Assembly: GCA_963718915.1 (NCBI GenBank)
Contig: CAVRAI010000014.1
Coordinates: 30,001 to 62,000, forward strand
DNA from: an uncultured Chloroflexia bacterium
GTDB lineage: Bacteria; Chloroflexota; Ktedonobacteria; Ktedonobacterales; JADMIN01
Reading direction: 5' to 3'
DNA: 32,000 nucleotides
Below, piece after piece: positions 7,888 to 15,192 of this stretch. Below the pieces are notes generated by a model. It searched no databases. It was not told the origin of the DNA and saw only the letters and a program-made list of their open reading frames with translations. The stretch's first letter is position 1; the number at the start of each line of letters is the position of its first letter. The translations under genes and the position numbers were made by a program.

Positions 7888-7922
7888 AAAAAAAACCGCT
7901 GACGAAAACCATTCGTCAGCGG
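7888..7922 (-). terminator. Rho-independent terminator (minus strand)
   Basis: Perfect 11-bp stem CCGCTGACGAA/TTCGTCAGCGG with 5-nt loop at 7896-7922. Followed on the minus strand by T8 (7888-7895). Confidence 0.75.
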
Positions 7923-8145
7923 GATTGGGGAAAAGAGGGGCCTTCGATCCCCATCGTGTAGTGTGGGAGCTAGCGGATAGCCGCAACTGGCTGGTGTGAG
8001 ACCACGGCCACGCATAGACTCCCTCCTTTCCGCGCGTTCTTCTCGCAGGTCGTCGGTGAGATTAGTGGCTGGTGATGATCCTGTATGGTCAATACGGGTC
8101 GCTCAAGTTGTCTATAACGCTGGCCGCGCGTCTGCGGGAAGGCGC

Positions 8146-8445
8146 TCATAGGACGCCTCCCAGACTGCCTCCCACGTTCCCAGAGCGTGATGAAATCAGG
8201 AGCTCCGGAACTTGGGCGTCATACTGGGCGTAGAGGTCGACGCACTCCTGGTTGTTCTCAAGCACATCGCGAAGCGTCAAAATGTGCTGCGATGCGTCGT
8301 CCTTGTCCGGAGACTCCGAGCGTAGGACGACAACGTAGCTGCTGTCTAGAAAGAAGTTCGACGCAATGGCGAGATGGATGTGGTAGCCCGTCTGCCCCGC
8401 GCCTTCAAGGGCCTTTTCTACAAGCCAGAGATTCTCGATGCACAT
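8146..8445 (-). CDS. Hypothetical protein (99 aa)
   Basis: ATG with TAGGAG about 9 nt upstream. No family recognised. Confidence 0.55.
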   Translation of the reverse strand: MCIENLWLVEKALEGAGQTGYHIHLAIASNFFLDSSYVVVLRSESPDKDDASQHILTLRDVLENNQECVDLYAQYDAQVPELLISSRSGNVGGSLGGVL

Positions 8446-8610
8446 GTCAGTGGCTCCTATCAGCTCTCCATACCGATTCAGCCTGGATCAGCCCATGCAT
8501 AGGCCGCGATCTACTCCGAAATTAAAAGAAGCCGCTTCTTCGCTACAATCCGCATGACCTGTTGGAGCGTGCGGCGCGCCATCGCCTATAAGGCGCTGAT
8601 GGTACAGAAA

Positions 8611-8646
8611 TGCCTCGTCCCGTCCGCTTTCGCGGGGGACGAGGCA
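8611..8646 (-). terminator. Strong hairpin / terminator-attenuator-like element
   Basis: TGCCTCGTCCC ... GGGACGAGGCA 11-bp outer stem plus inner CCGC-TTTC-GCGG. Followed on the minus strand by TTTCTGT. Lies only ~50-80 nt downstream of the AAGGAG/ATG at 8693-8706. Confidence 0.45.
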
Positions 8647-8748
8647 CACACGTTGAACCTTTGCGCGTTGATGAACCGTCTTAGACATGGCATGGCATTA
8701 CTCCTTAACTACCTCACTGGATAGTCGTTAAAGGGAGTGGTTTTCTGT

Positions 8749-8778
8749 ATTGTACATTCTCGGTGATATGCTCGTCAA
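8749..8778 (-). promoter_or_regulatory. Sigma70-like promoter TTGACG-18-TACAAT (minus strand)
   Basis: Plus-strand CGTCAA at 8773-8778 and ATTGTA at 8749-8754. Divergent from the Xre-like gene. Confidence 0.45.
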
Positions 8779-8817
8779 TACCCAATGTGGTGTTCGGTTT
8801 TGTGACAAGTCTTGAGA

Positions 8818-8823
8818 TATAAT
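8818..8823 (+). promoter_or_regulatory. Consensus -10 box TATAAT upstream of the Xre-like gene (poor -35)
   Basis: TATAAT lies 86 nt upstream of ATG 8909. No good TTGACA-like hexamer at 16-18 nt spacing. Confidence 0.3.
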
Positions 8824-8846
8824 ACTATGTTCAAGACATTCACGCA

Positions 8847-8877
8847 AGCACGTACTTGTATGTGCTGCTATACTTGT
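8847..8877. promoter_or_regulatory. Candidate operator: imperfect dyad GCACGTA-CTTG-TATGTGC plus direct repeat TACTTGT x2
   Basis: Dyad at 8848-8865 (6 of 7 arm positions pair). TACTTGT at 8853-8859 and 8871-8877. Sits between the -10 box and the SD of the Xre-like gene. Confidence 0.3.
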
Positions 8878-8908
8878 CCCGTCAATTCTTGAAGTAGGAG
8901 AGGGCTTT

Positions 8909-9838
8909 ATGGGGCATCCGGTCAGTCCAGGTTCGGCTCACACAGCTGACGGCGCCGATGATGCTATGGTTTCATCAGTAGGCTCTCAGCTGCGGCTTGC
9001 TCGTCAACGGGCGCACATTTCGCTGCGATCTATGGCGGAGCGAACAGGCTATAGCAAAAGCCACTTGAGCAACGTAGAAACCGGCACTTTCCCAGTTACT
9101 GAGCAACTGTTGCAGCGCTATCAACGCGCGTTGGCCAACAACCAGAAAGATCAAGAAGATCAAGAAGAAATAGAAGGGAAAGAGGCGGCAATAATGAACA
9201 GCGCACAAAACCCGGAATGGGATGTTGTCATATCAGGCACGACCTCTGCTCTGGCGAAGAAAGACCGCTGGCGGCTCGAAACCGAGATTGACGAGCCGGT
9301 GGCTCGTGTCTGTAAGAGCATGGACTTACGTTGTTTTGTCCCACAACGATTCACCAATCGCCAAACCGAACTGCCGCCAGACCTGCCGGGAGAATACAAT
9401 ATCATTGCTCATTCTGGCGTACTCATTGCCTATGTTGGCGTCAATGATAGCCGCACAGGTCTTCAGTTAGGGTGGGCGCATGTCGCTCAGATTCCGATCA
9501 TTCTCCTCTATGAGTTGGGGAACAGTGAAATCGCGGATGAGTATCGGCAACAACAGCTTGCTATTCATGACACTATTTGCTTTCGCAATCAGGATGACCT
9601 CGTGAGCCAGTTATTCCAGACGTTATTCTGGCTCTTTAGTGAGCGGAACCTGGAGAAGGTGTCAAAGCAGAATACGTGGTCTTCTGAACTCACCGGCAAG
9701 AAGCAGCGCCAATTGAATGATCTGCGGCTGCGGGGGAAAAAGCTGACCGCAGCGCATCAGCCGATATCAGAGAAACAGTGGCTCAGTGAGAATCCTTTCT
9801 TCGCGCTCGAACATGAAGAACTTCAGCGCCAATCCTGA
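8909..9838 (+). CDS. Xre-family HTH regulator fused to a nucleoside-2-deoxyribosyltransferase/TIR-like alpha/beta domain
   Basis: GGAGAGGG SD. HTH LRLARQRAHISLRSMAERTGYSKSHLSNVETG (aa ~24-60), then acidic linker QKDQEDQEEIEGKE. aa ~103-245: DVVISG ... RCFVPQ ... NIIAHSGVLIAYVGVNDSRTGLQLGWAHVAQIPIILLYE, matching the NDT layout (D.GT..E.G.A ... P-hydrophobic strand) with Gln in place of the catalytic Glu. Confidence 0.75.
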   Translation: MGHPVSPGSAHTADGADDAMVSSVGSQLRLARQRAHISLRSMAERTGYSKSHLSNVETGTFPVTEQLLQRYQRALANNQKDQEDQEEIEGKEAAIMNSAQNPEWDVVISGTTSALAKKDRWRLETEIDEPVARVCKSMDLRCFVPQRFTNRQTELPPDLPGEYNIIAHSGVLIAYVGVNDSRTGLQLGWAHVAQIPIILLYELGNSEIADEYRQQQLAIHDTICFRNQDDLVSQLFQTLFWLFSERNLEKVSKQNTWSSELTGKKQRQLNDLRLRGKKLTAAHQPISEKQWLSENPFFALEHEELQRQS

Positions 9839-10017
9839 TGAATCCTGATACTGACGACCGACGCGACCTTGGAAACGAAAGGCCGCATAGCGCCGAGAAC
9901 GGTAACACCGCTTGTGAGAGACTTTCAGACGCCAGGGTGAGCTAGTACTTACGGCTCTCGCGCCTTGCCTGCATAGTGTGGCATAATTCAATAGATAGGT
10001 GACCTTGCTTGGGAACG

Positions 10018-10041
10018 ACCCATAGCTGATTTTCTATGGGT
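10018..10041 (+). promoter_or_regulatory. Hairpin ACCCATAG-N8-CTATGGGT between the two genes of the pair
   Basis: Perfect 8-bp stem, 18 nt upstream of ATG 10060. No T-tract follows. Confidence 0.3.
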
Positions 10042-10059
10042 TCCAGTGAGGAGGGCCGT

Positions 10060-11229
10060 ATGATCGCGCGCACGACACCACCTGATTGGCCTCGCAAGTG
10101 GGACGATGGGAACCCTCATAGAGGCGATGGCTCTGTCTATCTCCTTGCTATAGGTTCCGCGAGGGACGACATTATCGCCGTGGTGAGTCGTGCCTGCGGC
10201 GCATTGGGCGTTCCACTCGTCGTTGGTGAACATCGCGACATCGCCGGGATGCAATGTGCTAGCGCTCTCATTATCTACATGGATGTGAATGATGGACATT
10301 CCATAGCTGCTGCCGCGAGAGCGCAATTTGCGGGCCCACCGATGATCTTTCTCTATGAGAAGGACATACCGGACGTACCATACACTGATTTCCGGGCTGC
10401 GCTCGCACGTGATTTGGCTGACAATGCTGCCCTAGGCTCCATCGCGTTTGACGATCCCCTGGCCATTGCAGATGCCGTGTGCAGTGCGCTTGCTGACCTC
10501 TTTCGGGGTATACAGGTGCGTAACGCGCTTGTTGACCTCTATAAGCGTCTGCAACAGGCCAATATCCCGCGCGCGCAAGACTGGGCATGGGGCGTATGTG
10601 CTGGCGTGCGAAAGGTCCTCGATGATGAGGTCCTTCCTAATATTCCAGTGCTACCGTCAATCACGTTATCCAGCGATTGGATGCGGAGCCAATATGCGCT
10701 CGCCATGGGGACTCATCGCACGCTCGTAGACGGAGTAGACGCCAAGGTGGTGATTGCGTATGCGGACGCCAATGAAATCGTCAGCCATGCTGGCTACAGT
10801 ACTCTTCCAATCCCGGTTGAGAAGATCGTCAAAGCGTATGGCATAACCATCGAAAGGGTACATCTCGATGATCTCTCCGGTCGGATTAGAATGGAAGGAC
10901 CTACAGCCTACATCGAAGTGAATAAGGACGAACGCGCAACGCGCCAGAACTTTACCATCGCGCATGAGTTTGGTCACTTTATCATGCAGCATGGCCAGAA
11001 TTGCTTCCGCTCGAATTCAAGGGCATGGGTGTTGCGGGCAGATGAAGAAGCAGCGGACGCATTTGCGGCCGAGATGCTCATGCCAGAGACTCTCATCCGG
11101 GCGGAGTTCGACGAGCAGCAAACGCTCGGGCGCTCGATAAACGCGACGGTACATATCATGGCAGCGAAGTGCGGGGTAGGCGAACAAGCCATGAGGCGTC
11201 GGCTGCTATTCCTCTCTCTGATTTCTTAG
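10060..11229 (+). CDS. NDT/TIR-like alpha/beta domain fused to ImmA/IrrE-family (COG2856) Zn-metallopeptidase
   Basis: The track ORF starts at 10036, but ATG 10060 has GAGGAGGG 5 nt upstream. N-terminus SVYLLAIGS ... GVPLVVGE ... CASALIIYMDVNDGHSIAAAARAQFAGPPMIFLYE is paralogous to the preceding gene's domain. C-terminus: FTIAHEFGHFIMQH (HExxH) and EEAADAFAAEMLMPE, typical of ImmA/IrrE. Confidence 0.8.
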   Translation: MIARTTPPDWPRKWDDGNPHRGDGSVYLLAIGSARDDIIAVVSRACGALGVPLVVGEHRDIAGMQCASALIIYMDVNDGHSIAAAARAQFAGPPMIFLYEKDIPDVPYTDFRAALARDLADNAALGSIAFDDPLAIADAVCSALADLFRGIQVRNALVDLYKRLQQANIPRAQDWAWGVCAGVRKVLDDEVLPNIPVLPSITLSSDWMRSQYALAMGTHRTLVDGVDAKVVIAYADANEIVSHAGYSTLPIPVEKIVKAYGITIERVHLDDLSGRIRMEGPTAYIEVNKDERATRQNFTIAHEFGHFIMQHGQNCFRSNSRAWVLRADEEAADAFAAEMLMPETLIRAEFDEQQTLGRSINATVHIMAAKCGVGEQAMRRRLLFLSLIS

Positions 11230-11274
11230 CCCGCATACGCAACGACGCCTAAGCGCTCAGGTTGAGCAAGGCTT

Positions 11275-11308
11275 CTCTTCCTCGATGTGGGGAGGGGTCG
11301 AGGAAGAG
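11275..11308. terminator. Hairpin between convergent genes (CTCTTCCTCGA / TCGAGGAAGAG)
   Basis: 11-bp stem with 12-nt loop. No clear U-tract on either strand. Confidence 0.4.
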
Positions 11309-11325
11309 GTTCCGCCAGCCAGCCG

Positions 11326-11865
11326 CTATATCCTGCAGGTCGCCAGGCCGCGCTTCTCTAGGTAGCGCTGGTGATACTCCTCGGCGCGGTAGAACGTCCG
11401 CGCTGGCTCGATCAGCGTCACGATGGGGCGGCGATACTTGCCGCTGGCCTGTAGCCGCTCTTTGGCGGCGCGCGCCTCCGCCTCCTGCTCTGGCGTGTGG
11501 AAGAAGATGACCGAGCGATACTGGTCGCCAACGTCCGGCCCCTGGCGATTGAGCTGGGTCGGGTCGTGCTCGTCCCAGAAGACGTTGAGCAGCGTCTCGT
11601 ACGAGACCTCCGCCGGATCATACGTCACCTCGACCACCTCGGCGTGCCCGGTCGTATGCGAGCAGACGTCGCGATAGGTTGGATCGGCGAGCGTGCCGCC
11701 CTCATATCCCACCACCGCATCCACCACGCCGGGCGTATTCCTGAACGTCACCTCGACGCCCCAGAAGCATCCCGCGCCGAACGTCGCCTTCTGTAGCGCG
11801 CGCGCCTCACTCTCCGGTGCGGTTGTCTCCGTCGTGTTTGTCTCCACCGTATTCTCGTCGCTCAT
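11326..11865 (-). CDS. msrA: Peptide-methionine (S)-S-oxide reductase MsrA
   Basis: GAGCFWGVE active-site motif, [24 protein letters not shown]. Start moved to ATG 11865 (AGAGGAG 8 nt upstream). The track ORF extends to 11946. Confidence 0.92.
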   Translation of the reverse strand: MSDENTVETNTTETTAPESEARALQKATFGAGCFWGVEVTFRNTPGVVDAVVGYEGGTLADPTYRDVCSHTTGHAEVVEVTYDPAEVSYETLLNVFWDEHDPTQLNRQGPDVGDQYRSVIFFHTPEQEAEARAAKERLQASGKYRRPIVTLIEPARTFYRAEEYHQRYLEKRGLATCRI

Positions 11866-12057
11866 GCTTATCGCTCCTCTTGAAGTTTGCGCTTGCCTCA
11901 GACGATAGCGTGTATTGCCTACAAGTGTATTATGCCACTGTTTCACGTGGCGCTACCTGCCAACCGCGTGTGGATGGCGAGCGTTCGTGGTACAGTCAAC
12001 TCAGATGTCACCCCAGATGTCAGCAGAAGCCCACCACACGAGCGTTGGAGATGTTGC

Positions 12058-12543
12058 ATGGAACCGATCACCTACACGCCCATTGGCATTGTGCATTCGC
12101 CCTTCACCACACTGGAGGGCATGCCGCTTCAGACTATCGCTGCCGAAGGCGCCAGAGGCTCAGTCGAGATCGAGCCGGAGTTCCAGGAGGGACTCAAAGA
12201 CCTGGAGGCCTTTTCGCATATCATCCTGCTGACCCATCTCCACCGTATGTCTGGTTTTTCGCTGGTGGTGACGCCGTATCTGGATGACCAGACGCATGGG
12301 ATTTTCGCGACCCGCTCGCCACGGCGGCCCAATTCGCTCGGACTCTCGGTGGTGCGGCTCGTCGCGGTCGAGGGCTGTACGCTGCTGATCGAGGATGTGG
12401 ATGTGCTGGATGGCACGCCGCTGCTCGATCTCAAGCCGTATGTGCCCGCCTTCGATGCGCGCGTGACCGAGCGTATCGGCTGGTTCGCCGACCGCCTCGA
12501 CCGCCTCCACACCACTCGCTCCGACCGGCGCTTTACGCGGTAG
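12058..12543 (+). CDS. trmO: tRNA (t6A37-N6)-methyltransferase TrmO/TsaA family (UPF0066)
   Basis: IGIVHSPF, FSHIILLTHLH, IFATRSPRRPN.LGLSVVRL, GTPLLDLKPYVP. ATG 12058 with GGAG 7 nt upstream. Confidence 0.85.
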   Translation: MEPITYTPIGIVHSPFTTLEGMPLQTIAAEGARGSVEIEPEFQEGLKDLEAFSHIILLTHLHRMSGFSLVVTPYLDDQTHGIFATRSPRRPNSLGLSVVRLVAVEGCTLLIEDVDVLDGTPLLDLKPYVPAFDARVTERIGWFADRLDRLHTTRSDRRFTR

Positions 12544-12622
12544 CTGATAGCCTGTGGTATGGTGAGGCTGCGCGCCTGACCTGAGACGCGCATTGATGGA
12601 GCGCTGCGAGGAGGACAAGACG

Positions 12623-12829
12623 ATGGAATTGAGCGCGCGGAACCAGCTCTCTGGAACCGTTATGTCGGTGAAACTTGGCGGCGTCATGGCTGAGGTCACG
12701 GTGCAGATCGCTGGCGGACAGGAACTCGTCTCGGTGATTACGCGCGGCTCGGCGGAGCGGCTCAATCTCCAGGCCGGGGATCAGATCACCGTCATCATCA
12801 AGTCAACCGAGGTGATGCTCGGCAAGTAG
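12623..12829 (+). CDS. mop: Molybdopterin/molybdate-binding Mop (TOBE-domain) protein
   Basis: 68 aa: SARNQLSGTV..VKLGGVMAEV ... ITRGSAERLNLQAGDQITVIIKSTEVMLGK. GAGGAGG SD. Confidence 0.85.
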   Translation: MELSARNQLSGTVMSVKLGGVMAEVTVQIAGGQELVSVITRGSAERLNLQAGDQITVIIKSTEVMLGK

Positions 12830-12897
12830 CGGCCTGGGACTCGCGGCCCTCCAATCCCAGGCCCGTAGCCGGGCGTGACTCGGATCGGCGGCGACGC

Positions 12898-13794
12898 TCA
12901 GAGCCGCTTCTCGAACCAGTGGTGGGCGTATGGCTCGGCGTTGAAGGCCTCCACCTCCTGATATCCCGACTGGCGATAGAGCGCGATGGCCTCGGCGAGC
13001 GTTCCGTTCGTCTCAAGCCGCAGGACGGTGACTCCGGCCTCGCGGGCGTGGCGCTCCAACTCGCGGAGGAGGCGGCGACCCACCCCAAGACCGCGAACCT
13101 CTGGGGCGACCCACATCCGTTTGAGTTCTGCCGGGGCGTCCGCGTGGAACTTCAACGCGCCACACCCCACCGGCTTCTGGCGCAGACTGGCGACGAGAAA
13201 CAGGCCAGCCGGGGGCGCCATCTCGTGCGCCTGCGCTGAGATGCTGCGGGTGGGATCGAAGCCCGCCTCGAAACGCCGGTTCAGCTCGGCGAAGTACTGT
13301 TCCAGGCACCATCTGGCTTCCGCGCTCGCGGGATCGGCGACGGCGATACGTACCGTCGAGGCCAGCAGCAGGTGCTCAACCTCGGCCATGGCCGCCGCCA
13401 GCCGGGCCTGTTGGTTCACGCTCAGCGGCTCCAGGAGCGCGCGGGCGAATCCTTCGGCGCGGTGATCGAGTTCGGCCCGCTCGGCCCGCCCAGCCGCCGT
13501 GAGTTGCGCGCGGCGCACGCGCCGGTCATCCAGGTCCGGCTCAACCACCACCAGACCGTGTCGCTCCAACGTGCGCAGCAGGCGGCTGACATACGCGGAA
13601 TCGAGCGCCAGCCGGGCGCGCAATGCGCGAACCTCGACCCCAGCCTCTTCTTCGCCATCACTCCCAATCTCCCAGAGCAGCCGCGCCTCGCCAAGGGAAA
13701 GATCGCGGCCCAGGAAATGGTCGTTCAACGCGCCGACGCGCTCGGTCACAGCCCGATTGAAGCTGCGAACCTGCTCCACCAGTGTGCTATCCAT
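12898..13794 (-). CDS. Bifunctional MarR-family HTH regulator / GNAT N-acetyltransferase
   Basis: MarR wHTH (LSLGEARLLWEI ... DSAYVSRLLRTLERHGLV ... DRRVRRAQLT). C-terminal GNAT motif A (MWVAPEVRGLGVGRRLLRELERHAREAG). ATG 13794 has GGAGG 7 nt upstream. Confidence 0.88.
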   Translation of the reverse strand: MDSTLVEQVRSFNRAVTERVGALNDHFLGRDLSLGEARLLWEIGSDGEEEAGVEVRALRARLALDSAYVSRLLRTLERHGLVVVEPDLDDRRVRRAQLTAAGRAERAELDHRAEGFARALLEPLSVNQQARLAAAMAEVEHLLLASTVRIAVADPASAEARWCLEQYFAELNRRFEAGFDPTRSISAQAHEMAPPAGLFLVASLRQKPVGCGALKFHADAPAELKRMWVAPEVRGLGVGRRLLRELERHAREAGVTVLRLETNGTLAEAIALYRQSGYQEVEAFNAEPYAHHWFEKRL

Positions 13795-13823
13795 CAGGAG
13801 ACCTCCTCTCCGCCTCACCCTTT

Positions 13824-13847
13824 ATTATCTGACTATAGTCAGATAAT
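13824..13847. promoter_or_regulatory. Perfect 24-bp palindrome ATTATCTGACTA|TAGTCAGATAAT (probable MarR operator)
   Basis: Located 30 nt upstream of the MarR-GNAT start codon. Confidence 0.6.
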
Positions 13848-13907
13848 TTGCGCGAATGCAATGGTGAACCTCTCGCGCAGGGTGGAGCGCGGCCTGAGCG
13901 GCCTGAG

Positions 13908-14120
13908 TTGACCAGCAGTGAGCGCCGCTGTGGTATACCTTGAGTGTCAGTCAGAGATGATGCAGTCGCGTTAACCGTTTTCCAATCTCCGTGTGACACT
14001 TTAGTTGTAAACCATGTGTTACTTTATGCGTGACAACTCTCCCAGATACATCCGGGAGCTTCTAGGCCGAAGCCAGAGACTGTTGCCCCAGTCTCAAAAT
14101 ATTCAAGCTCGCGTTATAGT
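13908..14120 (-). ncRNA. Predicted omega (reRNA) guide-RNA region of TnpB (position inferred, not demonstrated)
   Basis: In characterised TnpB elements the omega RNA overlaps the tnpB 3' end and the right end. This stretch has several local stems (CTCCC-N10-GGGAG, GTTGT-N26-ACAAC, GGTATACC). Confidence 0.3.
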
Positions 14121-15192
14121 CGCGGTCGAGGACAATGCCGCAACACGGGCAGGTATAGATGCGGTTGGCGAGGTCGGAGAGGGAGAGTGTTTGCCGGTGT
14201 CCACACGACGAGCAATCCTGAGACGTATACGCAGGGTTCACAGCGACATACTGCCGACCGGCCCATGCTGCCTTGTAGGCGATGAGGGCTGTGAACTGGC
14301 TCCACGCCGCGTCCTGGATGCTTTTCGCGAGACAATGGTTATGCGTCATCCGGTTGACCGACAAATCTTCGACCGCGATCAGGTCAAAGGCGTTGACAAT
14401 ACGGCGGCTGTGCTGGTGCGCGAAATCGCCCCGTCGCCAGCGGATACGTTCATGCACCCGCGCCACGATCTTGCGCCGCTTCGCGCGTTCTGGCGTTCCC
14501 TGCTCTTCCTTGCTGACACGCCGTTGCGCCTTCGCCAGTGCCTGTTCTTCGGCCCGGAAGAAACGTGGGTTGGCGATATCTTGGCCTGTCGAGAGCGTGG
14601 CAAACGTCGTGAGTCCCACGTCTATGCCCACCTGCTGACTGGTTTCGGGCAAGTGCGAGGGCTCCGCGCATTCACACGCGAAGCAGACGTACCACTTGCC
14701 GGTGCTGCTCCGGCTGATAGTGGCTGTTTTGGGCGTCCCTTCCAGCGGACGGTGCAGGATGATCTTCACCAGCCCGACCCCATACAGCCGCAGACGACGG
14801 GCCTCCGCATCCAGCTTGCAGCCGACCGGCACCTGCGGATAGGTGATACTATCGTAGCGTCCCTGCCCACGAAAGCGTGGGTAGCCCGGTTTCTTCCCTC
14901 CCTCGCCCGTGCGCATACGACGGAAGAACGCTTGAAAGGCCAGATCAAGGCGCACGGCAACATTCTGCAACACCTGCGATTGCACCGCTGCCAGCGCCGG
15001 ACGAGCCGCTTTGAGCAGCGGCAACGTCGCTTGCTGGTCGTAGAGCCGCAGCGACTCCTGGCGCTGCTCCCAGGCATCCCGCCGGGCGGCCAGCAACTCG
15101 TTGTAGAGCCAGCGACACTCCTCAAGCTGCGTTTCGAGAAGGCGCTGCTGCTGTTTGTTCGGGTACAGACGGTACTCGAATGTCTTACGTAT
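14062..15192 (-). CDS. tnpB: TnpB (IS605 OrfB) RNA-guided RuvC endonuclease; no canonical start codon
   Basis: RuvC-I VGIDVGLTTFATLS, RuvC-II LIAVEDLSV, Zn-finger CSSCGH...YTCPCCG, RuvC-III LDRDYNASLNI. The frame is open up to 15225 and encodes the typical N-terminus KTFEYRLYPNKQQQRLLETQLEECRWLYNELL upstream of the track's TTG 15096. The only candidate initiators there are ATA/ATC (15190-15195) or CTG. Confidence 0.88.
   Translation of the reverse strand: MRKTFEYRLYPNKQQQRLLETQLEECRWLYNELLAARRDAWEQRQESLRLYDQQATLPLLKAARPALAAVQSQVLQNVAVRLDLAFQAFFRRMRTGEGGKKPGYPRFRGQGRYDSITYPQVPVGCKLDAEARRLRLYGVGLVKIILHRPLEGTPKTATISRSSTGKWYVCFACECAEPSHLPETSQQVGIDVGLTTFATLSTGQDIANPRFFRAEEQALAKAQRRVSKEEQGTPERAKRRKIVARVHERIRWRRGDFAHQHSRRIVNAFDLIAVEDLSVNRMTHNHCLAKSIQDAAWSQFTALIAYKAAWAGRQYVAVNPAYTSQDCSSCGHRQTLSLSDLANRIYTCPCCGIVLDRDYNASLNILRLGQQSLASA

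Noticed and set aside
8488-8688. 66-aa minus-strand ORF
   Set aside because: The AAGGAG box is better spaced to the other ATG (8693), and a terminator-like hairpin sits 40 nt into the ORF. It is kept only as an alternative within the leader/sRNA finding.
12544-12622. Moco riboswitch upstream of mop
   Set aside because: The intergenic region is only ~80 nt, too short for the ~130-nt Moco RNA motif, and no matching conserved stems were seen.
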